Part shown: positions 19,636-29,746 of the stretch, piece after piece
Layout: each line of letters starts with the position of its first letter
Numbering within the stretch: position 1 is the first letter of the stretch
Made by a program: the position numbers and the translations under genes
Notes under the pieces: model-generated
Database searches by the model: none
What the model saw: the letters and a program-made list of their open reading frames with translations, nothing else
What the model was told of the DNA's origin: nothing
DNA from: a virus
Taxonomy: Duplodnaviria > Caudoviricetes
DNA length: 64,000 nt
Virus record (IMG/VR): IMGVR_UViG_3300033121_000493
Location: 32,001 to 96,000 of that record
Strand: one strand, 5' to 3'

Positions 19636-22428
19636 TTACGCCACAAGCGTTAGATCAATCACATTCAACGGATATGGGATCGTCAACGCTATGTTAATTA
19701 CAACTTGATCAGGATTTACGCTGTGGGCGCGTAGTTCTGTAATCTCAGCTGAAATTAACTGTGGGCCTAAATTAGGCGTAACACCTTGTGATTTTAGATA
19801 ATCGATCGATCCGAATATCTGACGTCTTAGCAGTACAAACAATCTTGGCTGAACATTAGCTCTACCAATATATGGCTTAAGCTGGTTGTAGAACGTATAG
19901 CTGATAGAGTCAACATTCTTCGTAACCATCAACTCGCGTGTATTAACATCTGTGCCCAGTGTGCTGAGCTCGTGACGCGAGTAGATAACACCAGTCGTCG
20001 GCTCTTGAGCAAGAATCCACACACCAGACTCTGCCATCGTATTCAGCTGATCAGACGAGAAGTATTGAGTGGTGCGGCTTACTTCGCTGAATCCACCAAT
20101 CTCTACATTCGTCAAACCTTGCTGTGGTACAACGCCAGAAACCAAACCAGCCAACGCAGCACAGGCAAAGTAACCTGGGATCTGGATACCAGCGCCGTCT
20201 TCAATAACATCTGGCCACACATAGAAAACTCTTCGGCTGGCAAAGCTGGCAGCCTTGGTTCCATATAGAGCAGCCTCTTCGTCCTTAGTAAGGCTACGTT
20301 GGATAGAGAACTTACGAGCTACGTTAATAGCCGCTGATGGACCAGATAGCAGCTTAAGGCGTTGATTAGATACAACACTATCAACAACATACTCATCATA
20401 CGACGAGTTACCAAAGCCATCGCCAGCGTAGTTGATTCTAAATATGTCACCAGCACGTACGCCTAGGTCATTAAAGCCACCACCAAATGGAGGCGTCCAG
20501 TCTACTAGTGTGTACTGCGTGCCAGAAGCATCTGGGTCATCAGTTACCGTGGCTACCAGATCATCTTCCGTATACTCTGTCGTACCGCCCAGTGGGTATA
20601 CCTCACCAAGATCCAACAGAGGATCAACCGAGCTCGACAGACCATTCAGGAACGTAATACGCCACTTATTAACTTCTGGAGCTGACATATTAGCTACGTG
20701 GCCAGCTACAGTATTCTGAATAGTTGCATCGCGCGTAAGAGGCACAATCGTATATACATCATCTCTTAGACTCGCTTTATCCAAAGCTGTGCTATAACCA
20801 GCATTGTCATTAGTAGGCACAGCCATAAACAACACTTCTGCACCAGCAGAATTACGCAGGGCATACCACACACCAAGCGCCAGTGGGTTATCCGTGGTTA
20901 CTGGACCTAGGGTGCTTTCAACGTCATCTATATTAGTAAGGCTGTGGATCGACGTAGCGTACGTCTGTAGCAAGCTTCTATACGTAACGTATACGATGCT
21001 CCACAGACCGCCTGAATCAGCACCAAGAGTAAGGACGCGCTTGTTGCCGCTGTTATCAAGGAATTCACTGTCATAAACAGTTACACCAGACTTCAGCGTA
21101 ATCTGCGTAGTACCCTGGTCCCAATTAGTATTAGGCGGATTAGTAACTCTGTCGGACGGCAGGCTGATTGTCTTCTTAACGTATAGCTCCAGATTCAAAT
21201 CTGCGCCGAAGAACGCCGAAGACGAATTCAAATTCTGCCCAACAGCCTGTAGCTCAGCAGGGAGGTTGTCAGCCAGGACCAAAGTTCTATACGCTTGCTC
21301 AGTCTTACCCGTGCAGGCAATATACCACTTTTCACCTTTAATGAGCTTAAGAGTTCCACCCGGCTCGTTGAAGTTGACAGTCACTCCCTTACTACCTATA
21401 GCTACGTCAGATAGCTCAGTAACTATATGTGGGCCGCTGATATCAATACCGTTCGTAGTGGAAATCGAAATTTCTGCAGACGTCGACGTACCGCCTTTTG
21501 TCACCTCAACAATATATGTAGTGTTGCTGTTACTAACAAAGCTACCACCGGCTGTAACCGTTGGCACAACGTAGTGAGTACGACAAGTTAGAACAAACTT
21601 GTCTCCCACATTCCACTCGCCGCTACCGCTCCAGTTAAACGTTGTACCGCGTGTGCCAATTGTTTGACCGCTGGCTGTCAGAGCTACATCTACGGCGTCA
21701 TCAGTACCGCTAGCGCTCGTCACTTTCGCTAAGCCGCCCACGCCGCTAACAGAAGCTGTAGTCACTTCAATAGTGTACGTCTCTGTTACGTGGCCAGACG
21801 CCAAACCGTTGTATGTGCTGGCTGTCGTAGCACCAATAGCGTTTGACCCTATCGAACGTGAACCGCCGCCTGTACCAGTATTGGATACGGCAGGGTTACC
21901 GCCTGATACGCCACCACTGTTATCTACGTCAGAGGCTGGCGACGTATCAATCGACGTAGACGATAGATCAGGAACAAGGTCTACGATACGCGACCACAGG
22001 TGATACGTAGTGCCGTCTACGTTAGCGTACACGTGGGCAATATCACCCACCTTTACATCGCGGTCATAAAAACCAGCGCTGCGGTCATAGCCATTGGCTG
22101 TTTTGAACACAACGCTGTTGGCGCGAATACGGTTGGGCTTGTAGTGGACAGCAGAAATATCATCTGCGCCACCAGACGCATTGCTGTAATACTTAAGCAA
22201 CGCATCTTTAACAGTAACACTGGTAAAGGTTTGGTCTACGACTCCACCAGCTGGACGGCCTGGCCAGTTGTAGGCAGCATCGCTAAGTGGGTTATACTGC
22301 CCAAGCTTACTTTGCGTTACAACATTGAAGTGTGGACCAACGACAAAAGCCCGCAGCGGATTAGCCACCGCAGCAGGTGTCGCAGCAAATTCTTGATGTA
22401 CTTTAACTTGTGGGACAGTATATGCCAT
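19636..22428 (-). CDS. Contractile tail sheath protein
   Basis: MAYTVPQVKVHQEF N-terminus; AALAGLVSG..QGLTN; C-terminal PYPLNVIDLTLV. Confidence 0.9.
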   Translation of the reverse strand: MAYTVPQVKVHQEFAATPAAVANPLRAFVVGPHFNVVTQSKLGQYNPLSDAAYNWPGRPAGGVVDQTFTSVTVKDALLKYYSNASGGADDISAVHYKPNRIRANSVVFKTANGYDRSAGFYDRDVKVGDIAHVYANVDGTTYHLWSRIVDLVPDLSSTSIDTSPASDVDNSGGVSGGNPAVSNTGTGGGSRSIGSNAIGATTASTYNGLASGHVTETYTIEVTTASVSGVGGLAKVTSASGTDDAVDVALTASGQTIGTRGTTFNWSGSGEWNVGDKFVLTCRTHYVVPTVTAGGSFVSNSNTTYIVEVTKGGTSTSAEISISTTNGIDISGPHIVTELSDVAIGSKGVTVNFNEPGGTLKLIKGEKWYIACTGKTEQAYRTLVLADNLPAELQAVGQNLNSSSAFFGADLNLELYVKKTISLPSDRVTNPPNTNWDQGTTQITLKSGVTVYDSEFLDNSGNKRVLTLGADSGGLWSIVYVTYRSLLQTYATSIHSLTNIDDVESTLGPVTTDNPLALGVWYALRNSAGAEVLFMAVPTNDNAGYSTALDKASLRDDVYTIVPLTRDATIQNTVAGHVANMSAPEVNKWRITFLNGLSSSVDPLLDLGEVYPLGGTTEYTEDDLVATVTDDPDASGTQYTLVDWTPPFGGGFNDLGVRAGDIFRINYAGDGFGNSSYDEYVVDSVVSNQRLKLLSGPSAAINVARKFSIQRSLTKDEEAALYGTKAASFASRRVFYVWPDVIEDGAGIQIPGYFACAALAGLVSGVVPQQGLTNVEIGGFSEVSRTTQYFSSDQLNTMAESGVWILAQEPTTGVIYSRHELSTLGTDVNTRELMVTKNVDSISYTFYNQLKPYIGRANVQPRLFVLLRRQIFGSIDYLKSQGVTPNLGPQLISAEITELRAHSVNPDQVVINIALTIPYPLNVIDLTLVA

Positions 22429-22441
22429 GACAAATCCTCAT

Positions 22442-23086
22442 TTATATTTTAGTGCCAAAAGCAAACCGCTTTAAGAACGGCCCTTCCGACTCTACTAACC
22501 ACGCTTCTGCATAGCGGTAGGCCAAGGTTATTGGAACGCCGAAATAGCCCGACGCTTCTTCCACCGAGAATATCTCGCCAATCGTAGTCAAGTTGAACTT
22601 TGAAAACCCAAGCTCCTGACGTATTGCCTGACCAAATTGTACAAGTTTTGTAGCTATCTCTCCCGCGAGTATCTCGGCCTCTCCCGGTATCATGGATAAA
22701 GCAAATATCGTATGACTGCCTGCACAACTTAATTGCATCTCCGTTTGGCCAGTCAAAGGTAACGTATCGTCGTCAAGATCCGTCACTGTGGCAGCTCCAT
22801 CACCAATAGCTACAGATTCATAGTTCAGTGCGTTTCGTTTAACAAGTATGGCAGGCCGTTTCTCACCGGTTTGTATTTTCCATTGCCACACATGTTGCAA
22901 CAAAATTTTACTTAGCTTGACGTCATTATTCCAAATATAGCCTTTTAATTGTGGATGCTGCACACTATCTGGATTGCTAAAATGAAACTGCAATATACCC
23001 ATTACTGCGCCTGTTAGACCTAAAGCTTGCTTGTCTACAGAGCACAAAGTACTTAGCTGGTCATCTACGTCGAATGGTCCATCCAC
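22442..23086 (-). CDS. Tail terminator / tail completion protein (putative)
   Basis: Immediately upstream of the sheath; KRPAILVKR pattern. Confidence 0.55.
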   Translation of the reverse strand: MDGPFDVDDQLSTLCSVDKQALGLTGAVMGILQFHFSNPDSVQHPQLKGYIWNNDVKLSKILLQHVWQWKIQTGEKRPAILVKRNALNYESVAIGDGAATVTDLDDDTLPLTGQTEMQLSCAGSHTIFALSMIPGEAEILAGEIATKLVQFGQAIRQELGFSKFNLTTIGEIFSVEEASGYFGVPITLAYRYAEAWLVESEGPFLKRFAFGTKI

Positions 23087-23218
23087 GATTTATCTCCGTG
23101 TCTTTACTAAGCATCTTATTGATGTCTTCTAGTGTAGGCGCAGGAAAATTAACCAAGCTTAAAGAAGGTATTAGCTTCTTTTTTTTAGGCGTCAGAGATT
23201 TCTTTGGTGCGCTTTCTT

Positions 23219-23449
23219 CTAGCACAGTTCGTCCTTTGTCACTTCTATAAACGCTGGAGCTACTTCGGTCGCTTCTACAGCTACAGACTCGTATGCCAGC
23301 AACCTACCAGTGATACGCACGGGACGGTTATTGTCTACTTCATTTAGATCAGTTGTAAACATCTTTAGATCAGTTATTTCCAGCTGCGTCTCTACGCCAT
23401 CTGGAGCTACGATAATAACACTATAGATTTCTGGGCTGGTCTGGTCCAT
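23219..23449 (-). CDS. Hypothetical protein
   Basis: 76-aa ORF with SD in the neck region. Confidence 0.5.
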   Translation of the reverse strand: MDQTSPEIYSVIIVAPDGVETQLEITDLKMFTTDLNEVDNNRPVRITGRLLAYESVAVEATEVAPAFIEVTKDELC

Positions 23450-23459
23450 TGTAATTTCC

Positions 23460-24302
23460 TTAACTGCTAGACGACTCGTCCGTAAGAGGCACGTTATAAA
23501 CAGAGTTATCCGGCTCTATGAGCTTTAGCTCTACCATCCATACAAGGGGTTTTCCTCTAACAGATGCCATCTCTTTCTTACCTTGTATAAACCACCGTTC
23601 GCCTGTCTCTGGAGCTACCCACACATCTCGTGATGTTAGATATGGGCAAGCTACGCCTTTCGCGTATATAGATCTGTCTGCAATAGTTCCTCTAGGCTCA
23701 ACGACAGTTTCTTTATGCTCACGTGGGGCTAGCTCAAGTAACAAAGGCATCGCCGGATAATAACCACCGACAAAACCAGTACCGTAACACACAGTACAGT
23801 TACTGTTTGTCGGCTCGCCAGTACCAAAATCTATGCAGTTAGTACACTCCGTTCCCCACGTTTTTCTGATCAGCAATTTTCCTTGGCTACCTACATATCT
23901 ATTCAATAGCATGAACTCTCTACGTACTATTTCTTTAGCTAGCAAATAGTCGTGTCTATTTAAGCTTCCAGTGCCTTCGACGTATGAGCTGTAGTACATG
24001 TTGGTATCTACTACAAGCTTAACTCTATACACGCTGTGCTTTGTTTTAGAGTAGATACGCCGCGCTGAATCCACTAATAAGTTTCCAGCAGTAGGGCCAG
24101 CAACTTGAATGAATGTAGCTGTGGGACTTTCAGCCCACTCTAAATAGAATTGAGGCGTAGTATTAAACTTCATGTAACGACGATCAATTTTCCAGGATAC
24201 TACAGAACCTCCCAATATGTCTACGTCAACAAGAACACGTTCAAACACACGATCGTGTTCATTAACACCTATTGGTTGTTTTGTAAGCCCGCCTGATGCC
24301 AT
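23460..24302 (-). CDS. Neck / head-closure protein with CxxC...CxxCxGTG zinc motif
   Basis: ECTNC...NCTVCYGTGFVGGY; located between capsid and sheath genes. Confidence 0.6.
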   Translation of the reverse strand: MASGGLTKQPIGVNEHDRVFERVLVDVDILGGSVVSWKIDRRYMKFNTTPQFYLEWAESPTATFIQVAGPTAGNLLVDSARRIYSKTKHSVYRVKLVVDTNMYYSSYVEGTGSLNRHDYLLAKEIVRREFMLLNRYVGSQGKLLIRKTWGTECTNCIDFGTGEPTNSNCTVCYGTGFVGGYYPAMPLLLELAPREHKETVVEPRGTIADRSIYAKGVACPYLTSRDVWVAPETGERWFIQGKKEMASVRGKPLVWMVELKLIEPDNSVYNVPLTDESSSS

Positions 24303-24304
24303 TG

Positions 24305-24484
24305 TTAAAGCCCTGGTTTTTGAACTTCCATTGTGTTAGTAGCAAGCTCTTTACTTTCCTGCCGCTGCTTTCGCTTTAACATAAAGCGTCTGTATTTTTC
24401 AGCGGCAGCTTGCTCTGGTGTCATTAGATCAGCTTTCTTCTCTTCGTGCGTAGCTATATAGCGACCATAATCAAACGGGTTCAT
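24305..24484 (-). CDS. Small hypothetical virion protein (59 aa, not in ORF track)
   Basis: MNPFDYGRYIATHEEKKADL...; fills the gap exactly and carries a K-x-A motif. Confidence 0.5.
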   Translation of the reverse strand: MNPFDYGRYIATHEEKKADLMTPEQAAAEKYRRFMLKRKQRQESKELATNTMEVQKPGL

Positions 24485-25360
24485 TTACCACATCCTCCAT
24501 CTATATGCGGATCTGCCAACAGACTTGAATCCGGCTTTCATATTCATACCGATTCTAGTTTGTTGCGCCCATAGTCTATACTGCTCTTCCAATCTGATAC
24601 CAATTTCAGCGTACTCTCTTGCTTTCTCTTGATCAGCAATAGTAACGCCACCACTAGAGTATTGTAGCGCGTTACGTCTGTATCTAAAAGCTATCATCTG
24701 CAGAAGAATACCAACTGTACCATTTATCCAATTAGCTCTATACGGAAAATTGTTATACGCATATGCGCCAACAGGCGGTGGCATTTCATTGTACATATCA
24801 ACAGCTTTTCGCATAGCGTGTACTATCTCATTGTCAGTAAACTCTAGTTCATCCAACAAGTAGTTGGCCCCTGGGCATACGTCCATGAGCTCCATTCTTA
24901 CTTCTGGCACTGTCAACGTAGCGTTCGAGTCCAGTGCGCTGAAGTTGTTTGGCATTATTTCCAAATATACTAGCTGCTGGAATACTAACTTATCACCTCT
25001 GAATATACCGATAGATCCTGTAAACATCCCAGAGTTGGTTGTTTCTGCTGTAGTGAACTTTATTTCTACCGTGCCCTCAGTGCCGTCTATGATAGTGCAG
25101 TCAATTGTGAATATGTTCTGTGACCCTAGCGTATTAGCAACTGCAAATTTAACTGATACTGTGTTGTCTGCTGACGATGAAGACCCAAGCCCATCAACAT
25201 CTGCACCTATTGAAGTTATGTCTATAGCTTCATTATCGTCATTTTTTATCTGATACTGGTACAGCACTGTTTGGCCCTGTGACAACCGTACAACAGGCGT
25301 GCCAGCATTACACGATGTTCTGTAGTATTGGCTATTGTCGAAAGGCATACGATTCTCCAA
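24485..25360 (-). CDS. Head-tail adaptor/neck protein with BppU-like N-terminal domain (putative)
   Basis: N-terminal Ig-like pattern (IDITS...CTIIDGTEGTVEIKFT) followed by a helical adaptor-like region. Confidence 0.55.
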   Translation of the reverse strand: MENRMPFDNSQYYRTSCNAGTPVVRLSQGQTVLYQYQIKNDDNEAIDITSIGADVDGLGSSSSADNTVSVKFAVANTLGSQNIFTIDCTIIDGTEGTVEIKFTTAETTNSGMFTGSIGIFRGDKLVFQQLVYLEIMPNNFSALDSNATLTVPEVRMELMDVCPGANYLLDELEFTDNEIVHAMRKAVDMYNEMPPPVGAYAYNNFPYRANWINGTVGILLQMIAFRYRRNALQYSSGGVTIADQEKAREYAEIGIRLEEQYRLWAQQTRIGMNMKAGFKSVGRSAYRWRMW

Positions 25361-25361
25361 T

Positions 25362-25400
25362 AAAAAAGGGGCGGCGGTATCAATATACCAACCGCCCCTC
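25362..25400 (-). terminator. Rho-independent terminator
   Basis: AGGGGCGGTTGGTAT-ATTG-ATACCGCCGCCCC followed by TTTTTT. Confidence 0.75.
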
Positions 25401-25423
25401 CCCCGGAACGAATAGCCCTTAGC

Positions 25424-25699
25424 TTACACGTAAGCAGACGACGATTCATCATACGTCTGGCCACACGTGGCATCCGGCGAATCAATGACTGCCAGATAGC
25501 CGTTGTCTACCAGCGCGTTAAAAGTATTGATAGCGCGAATGCCACCAATACCAGGATACTTCGCTGTCAGATAAGCGTAAACATTACCTGGAATATCGTA
25601 GGTCTCATTCTTATCGAGCGTGACACCAAACAACGCCAGAGTAAATTCGCTGTCCGACGCATTAGCGATGCGCGTAACATTACAGGCAGCAGCTGCCAT
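25424..25699 (-). CDS. Hypothetical virion protein
   Basis: 91 aa, strong SD, in the head module. Confidence 0.6.
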   Translation of the reverse strand: MAAAACNVTRIANASDSEFTLALFGVTLDKNETYDIPGNVYAYLTAKYPGIGGIRAINTFNALVDNGYLAVIDSPDATCGQTYDESSSAYV

Positions 25700-25711
25700 A
25701 TTAAATCCCCT

Positions 25712-26248
25712 TTATGACGAGTGCCTTTCGGCGATAATTACTTTTGAACCACTACCTAACCCAGTGTACACCGCAGCTTTATACCGACCGGCTGGTAGAT
25801 CAGTAAACATATATGCTATGGACTTATTGTCCACCTTATACGACGCTCCAGTTACAACCGGCCCTTCTAACTTCAGCAATGCCCAAGTCGAAGCTTGTGG
25901 GTAGCTTAGCGTACTATCAGGATCGCTAGGGGAATTAAGACTATTGCTGGAGCTAGAGTCGGTAAAAGAATTTAATTCCCCACCTAGCGTAACTTCCAGC
26001 CACAATGCAATCTTTGCGTCACCAGCGAGTGTTCCAGACTGTAATATTGCCACAATCAAAAGATCTTGGCCTCTTCCAATCTCAGTTTCACTTTCACCGA
26101 TACCAATAGTGGTGTCGAGAATAGCACCGTCGGCAACGCTACTGGCGTCAGTAATATTGCTGGTTTGTACATGAAGACCGCGTAGGCCGCTCATGTATCC
26201 CCAGTTATTAGGTGACTGCTTGCCATAACCCTTAACGATATTAGACAT
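25712..26248 (-). CDS. Hypothetical virion protein (beta-rich)
   Basis: 178 aa in the head module; contains a Ser run. Confidence 0.6.
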   Translation of the reverse strand: MSNIVKGYGKQSPNNWGYMSGLRGLHVQTSNITDASSVADGAILDTTIGIGESETEIGRGQDLLIVAILQSGTLAGDAKIALWLEVTLGGELNSFTDSSSSNSLNSPSDPDSTLSYPQASTWALLKLEGPVVTGASYKVDNKSIAYMFTDLPAGRYKAAVYTGLGSGSKVIIAERHSS

Positions 26249-26592
26249 TACTGATTACTCATTGTTCCAATAAACTCAGCGGCAGCGAGAGCATCTGCAT
26301 CCAGATTTAGTGTGCCAGCCAGCTTTACAATCTCATTAACGTTGCTAGCTTGGCTAGTACGCGTATTACCCAACGCAGCAGCGGCTACTTTATGAATACT
26401 CTTGGTAGCTTCATCCTTAGCTTGAGCTTGCTTCAAGACAGCTGCATTCTCAAGCGCGCTCCGCACATCTTCCTCAGAGCTAAACGTAATGCCATGCGCA
26501 GCGCACTTGTTAAGAAACGCAGGAACATATATATCCGCAAACAATTTATCTTGCGCTTGCTTAGCCAGAACCTGCAGATCGTTCGTTTCCAT
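26248..26592 (-). CDS. Hypothetical head-associated protein
   Basis: 114 aa with several K-x-A motifs. Confidence 0.6.
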   Translation of the reverse strand: METNDLQVLAKQAQDKLFADIYVPAFLNKCAAHGITFSSEEDVRSALENAAVLKQAQAKDEATKSIHKVAAAALGNTRTSQASNVNEIVKLAGTLNLDADALAAAEFIGTMSNQ

Positions 26593-26603
26593 TTTATAGC
26601 TCC

Positions 26604-26642
26604 ATAAACCACAGCGGTATTTATTACACCGCTGTGGTTTAT
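26604..26642. terminator. Perfect inverted repeat after the major capsid gene (terminator/mRNA stabiliser)
   Basis: ATAAACCACAGCGGT-N9-ACCGCTGTGGTTTAT. Confidence 0.7.
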
Positions 26643-26654
26643 ATATTCAGTAAG

Positions 26655-27590
26655 TTAGATAAAGTTAGCCTTGCAGACCGCAGCGAGATTCGCGATCGCA
26701 GCGCCAACCGACTCCCAAGCGAAGAACTTGAGCATGAACGCCTTACGCTCGATGTACATCGTCACATCGGTGAGCGTGCAGAACTTGCCGAAGAACTTAG
26801 GCTCAGCAAACATATACATCGTGTTATCAGGCACCAGGCGACGCTTGATGGTGATAATCCAACGCATGTTCATCATGTTACGCTCGGTAAAGCCATCTCG
26901 CAGAATGTCTTCTGAAAGATCGCCACCGACCTCATCGCGGCCCCACTTCTCGATATCCTTAGCCGTAACAGCATTAATCAAGCAGGTAGCCGCCTCAAGG
27001 CTCGACGGCGTCGATGGAAGGATCTTACGAGCTTCGGCGATCGACGCACGCGAGATACCACCGGCAATACTCTTATTCTGAACTGTACCAGTCTCACTGA
27101 CCGTCGAGTTCGCCGCGCCAAGCAGAGTATTGATCGTGGCAATAAACTTGCCATCCTCTTCTGCCTGAATATCCTTAATGGCATTATCGCTAGTTACCTG
27201 GCGAATGTCCATCTGATACGTACGCAGCTTATCAACGTCCTGCACGAACGCTGGCGACATAATACGATCGAAAGCAATCGAGTAGCGCGGACCTTCGATG
27301 ATCTTCGCTGTCGGTGCAGTACCAAAACCGATGGATACCGCAGCCGGGATGTTGTTTTCCTTATCGAGGATGATTATCGGCAAATCATGATCGATAGCAC
27401 GGGTCAGATCGCTGTTCTCAACCTGAATAGGAGGAAGAATCGAGCGAAGAAATCCGCGCTCGCGTAGACGCATACGCGTATACTCGGTAAGTGCGTCAGC
27501 AGCGTTTTTTTGCAGAACAGGATTGCCGCTTTCGATTTGCGACCAAAACTGCTCATTCGCTACTTTATCCATTGGGTTTTGTGTCAGCAT
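26655..27590 (-). CDS. Major capsid protein (HK97 fold)
   Basis: 311 aa following protease, scaffold and decoration genes; RLRERGFLRSIL...IQAEEDGKF...FFAWESVGAAIAN; GC3-shifted codon usage; followed by a hairpin. Confidence 0.8.
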   Translation of the reverse strand: MLTQNPMDKVANEQFWSQIESGNPVLQKNAADALTEYTRMRLRERGFLRSILPPIQVENSDLTRAIDHDLPIIILDKENNIPAAVSIGFGTAPTAKIIEGPRYSIAFDRIMSPAFVQDVDKLRTYQMDIRQVTSDNAIKDIQAEEDGKFIATINTLLGAANSTVSETGTVQNKSIAGGISRASIAEARKILPSTPSSLEAATCLINAVTAKDIEKWGRDEVGGDLSEDILRDGFTERNMMNMRWIITIKRRLVPDNTMYMFAEPKFFGKFCTLTDVTMYIERKAFMLKFFAWESVGAAIANLAAVCKANFI

Positions 27591-27623
27591 TATTTTACCC
27601 TTTTGTTTAAGTTACTTAGTTAA

Positions 27624-28187
27624 TTAGTGAACCTGGATCTTACTCGGCAAAAACCAAGTAACAAATCTAATAAGCTTCTGGCCGTGTTCACCTTCAAACG
27701 AACCGTTCGCCTGCTCACCCTTTTCAGAGATAATACCGACGATAGTATCCGTAGCTAGCGCGCCAGTTTTAATCACGCCGGTACCGCTCGAACCCGAGCC
27801 ATCATCCGATGTCAGATACGATCCGCAATCGTAGGTACCGTTAGCGTCAAACTCAGTCGATTCAAGCTCAAACGTACCAATCGCAAGCAGCGCGTTCAAT
27901 ACGCCACCAGAGATGTTACCCAGGTTTGGGTTAACGTCTGGGTCATTCTCGTTGGCAAACGCAAACGCAGGAATGCGGCAACGCGATGTGCTGTTGGCGT
28001 TGTTTACGCCGAGCTTATAGGTGTTGCTGTCAATATGAACTACGCGACCGCGATAAACGCGATTGCTTAGACCACTAGCAATAGGCAGAGCTTTCTCAAG
28101 AGGCAGGTCAAGACCAAGCGCCCAGCCCTTACGAGCATTCAGCGTGTGGTCATACACTTGGCCATAGTCTGTACGTGTTCCTGGCAT
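27624..28187 (-). CDS. Capsid decoration/cement protein (putative)
   Basis: 187 aa, beta-rich, directly upstream of the major capsid gene. Confidence 0.6.
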   Translation of the reverse strand: MPGTRTDYGQVYDHTLNARKGWALGLDLPLEKALPIASGLSNRVYRGRVVHIDSNTYKLGVNNANSTSRCRIPAFAFANENDPDVNPNLGNISGGVLNALLAIGTFELESTEFDANGTYDCGSYLTSDDGSGSSGTGVIKTGALATDTIVGIISEKGEQANGSFEGEHGQKLIRFVTWFLPSKIQVH

Positions 28188-28200
28188 TTTATTTCCTCAC

Positions 28201-28551
28201 TTAGTTTACACTGTTAAGTTTATTGTAGAAAGCGGTATCAGCTGCACTCGTATCGCTACGTTGGCTGCTGGCTTCCTTAGTAGCCGCCCGACCAAGACGA
28301 GGACGCGTGGCTAGTTGGTTAGAAAGCGAACTTACAAGCAACTGAAGATCAGCTACCGAAGCAAGCTTTTTCAGACTAGCGCCTTTGTCACTCGCATCAC
28401 AATGACCATTCTTTTGTAGTGTTTCAAAAAGCATCTCCGCGCTGGCTTCGGCCGCAGCGGCCTCTTTGGCAATAGCTTCACCAAGTTTACCAGCTTTAGC
28501 GATGCAATCTGTGGCTTCGCGTAAAACATCATCTGGAATAACGACGTTCAT
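28201..28551 (-). CDS. Hypothetical head assembly protein
   Basis: Helical, with K-x-A motifs. Confidence 0.55.
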   Translation of the reverse strand: MNVVIPDDVLREATDCIAKAGKLGEAIAKEAAAAEASAEMLFETLQKNGHCDASDKGASLKKLASVADLQLLVSSLSNQLATRPRLGRAATKEASSQRSDTSAADTAFYNKLNSVN

Positions 28552-28561
28552 ATATCACCCT

Positions 28562-29719
28562 TTACATGGTTGGAGGAGCATCCGCGCCCGCGCCAGCCGG
28601 TAGTCCAGCGGGCATACCTGCGTCAGCTGGCATCGCAGGAGCACCGCCACCAGCGGCATCTGCGCCGCTAGGCATACCACCACCGCCGCCTTGCAGCAGC
28701 GGCAACAGTTGTTTCAGCAATTCCATAAGCTGCGCTTCATCAAGGCCACCCAAACTTACACCGGCGTTCTCATCGTCCTGTGTCGGCATACCGCCGCTTG
28801 GCTTGCCTTCATCGCCGTCGCCATCACCACCAGCTAACTTATCTGCGCTATCCTCAGTCTTTTCCGACGGCTTATCGTCGGGCATCTGTGGCATGTCTTC
28901 AGCTTTCTTACGGGTATTTTTAATTACCTCGCTGGCGATAGCTTTGGCAAGTTTGCTAATGCTGGTCTTTGGTTTAGCGGGAGCTGGCTTTGGAGCAGAA
29001 GCCTTTTTGGCTTCATCGGCTAGACCGGCATAAAAGCTGATAAGCCGGTCAGCATCGTCTGACGCTTCTTTAACGACTTGGAAAACTACACTGTTAATAG
29101 CGTCAACATTTGGCTGGCTATTGGCTTGAGAAATTACAGCTTCAGCCGCAGCTTTACCCATTTCTACATCCTTATTCGTGTCAGGAGTAGTCACAGGTTG
29201 AGGCGCAGGAGTAGGAGCTGCAGCCGCTTTAGCAGGAGTTGGCTGTTCAGCTTTGATAGTCAAAGCAGCAAGCTTAGTAAGTACCATGTTTGCCGACTTA
29301 ACTACTTCGCTAGCCGCGCGAGCACGCGAATACTTTTCACCGAAAGCAGCACTAGCAGGATGCGACGTGTCGTCATCCTCCGGCTTGTCTTTAACCGAAG
29401 AAGTTTCAACCGACGGATCTTCACCAACAGCCGAAGCTGTTGTAAGAGGATTCACCGATTTGTTTTCCATATTCTCCGGCTTAGCGTTATCAGTGGAATT
29501 AGGACCAATCTGCGATTTCACATCCGACGTATTTTCAGCCGAACGCGCGCCTTCCGAAGCTGGCTGGGTACCGTCATCAACACTCTTAGATGGATGCGTT
29601 GTATCCGACGATCCCATATCATCTTCCGCACGCTTAGCGCTCGCTTGCTTAAGCAGTGCGTTAAGGCTTTCTAGTACAGTTTTAGCTCTTGTCTGACTCA
29701 TTAGTAAACTCCAATTCAC
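28562..29719 (-). CDS. Scaffolding-like protein (acidic, low complexity)
   Basis: Between protease and capsid genes; disordered D/E/P/G/M-rich; many K-x-A motifs. Confidence 0.6.
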   Translation of the reverse strand: MNWSLLMSQTRAKTVLESLNALLKQASAKRAEDDMGSSDTTHPSKSVDDGTQPASEGARSAENTSDVKSQIGPNSTDNAKPENMENKSVNPLTTASAVGEDPSVETSSVKDKPEDDDTSHPASAAFGEKYSRARAASEVVKSANMVLTKLAALTIKAEQPTPAKAAAAPTPAPQPVTTPDTNKDVEMGKAAAEAVISQANSQPNVDAINSVVFQVVKEASDDADRLISFYAGLADEAKKASAPKPAPAKPKTSISKLAKAIASEVIKNTRKKAEDMPQMPDDKPSEKTEDSADKLAGGDGDGDEGKPSGGMPTQDDENAGVSLGGLDEAQLMELLKQLLPLLQGGGGGMPSGADAAGGGAPAMPADAGMPAGLPAGAGADAPPTM

Positions 29720-29746
29720 TGTGGTTCAGTGTTTGTAACGTAAAAT

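Noticed and set aside
1090-22428. Bacterial contractile injection system (eCIS/T6SS/tailocin)
   Set aside because: Contiguous capsid, protease, scaffold and neck genes show a complete phage virion module
26655-27590. Encapsulin shell protein
   Set aside because: Protease, scaffold, decoration and tail context indicates a phage major capsid protein
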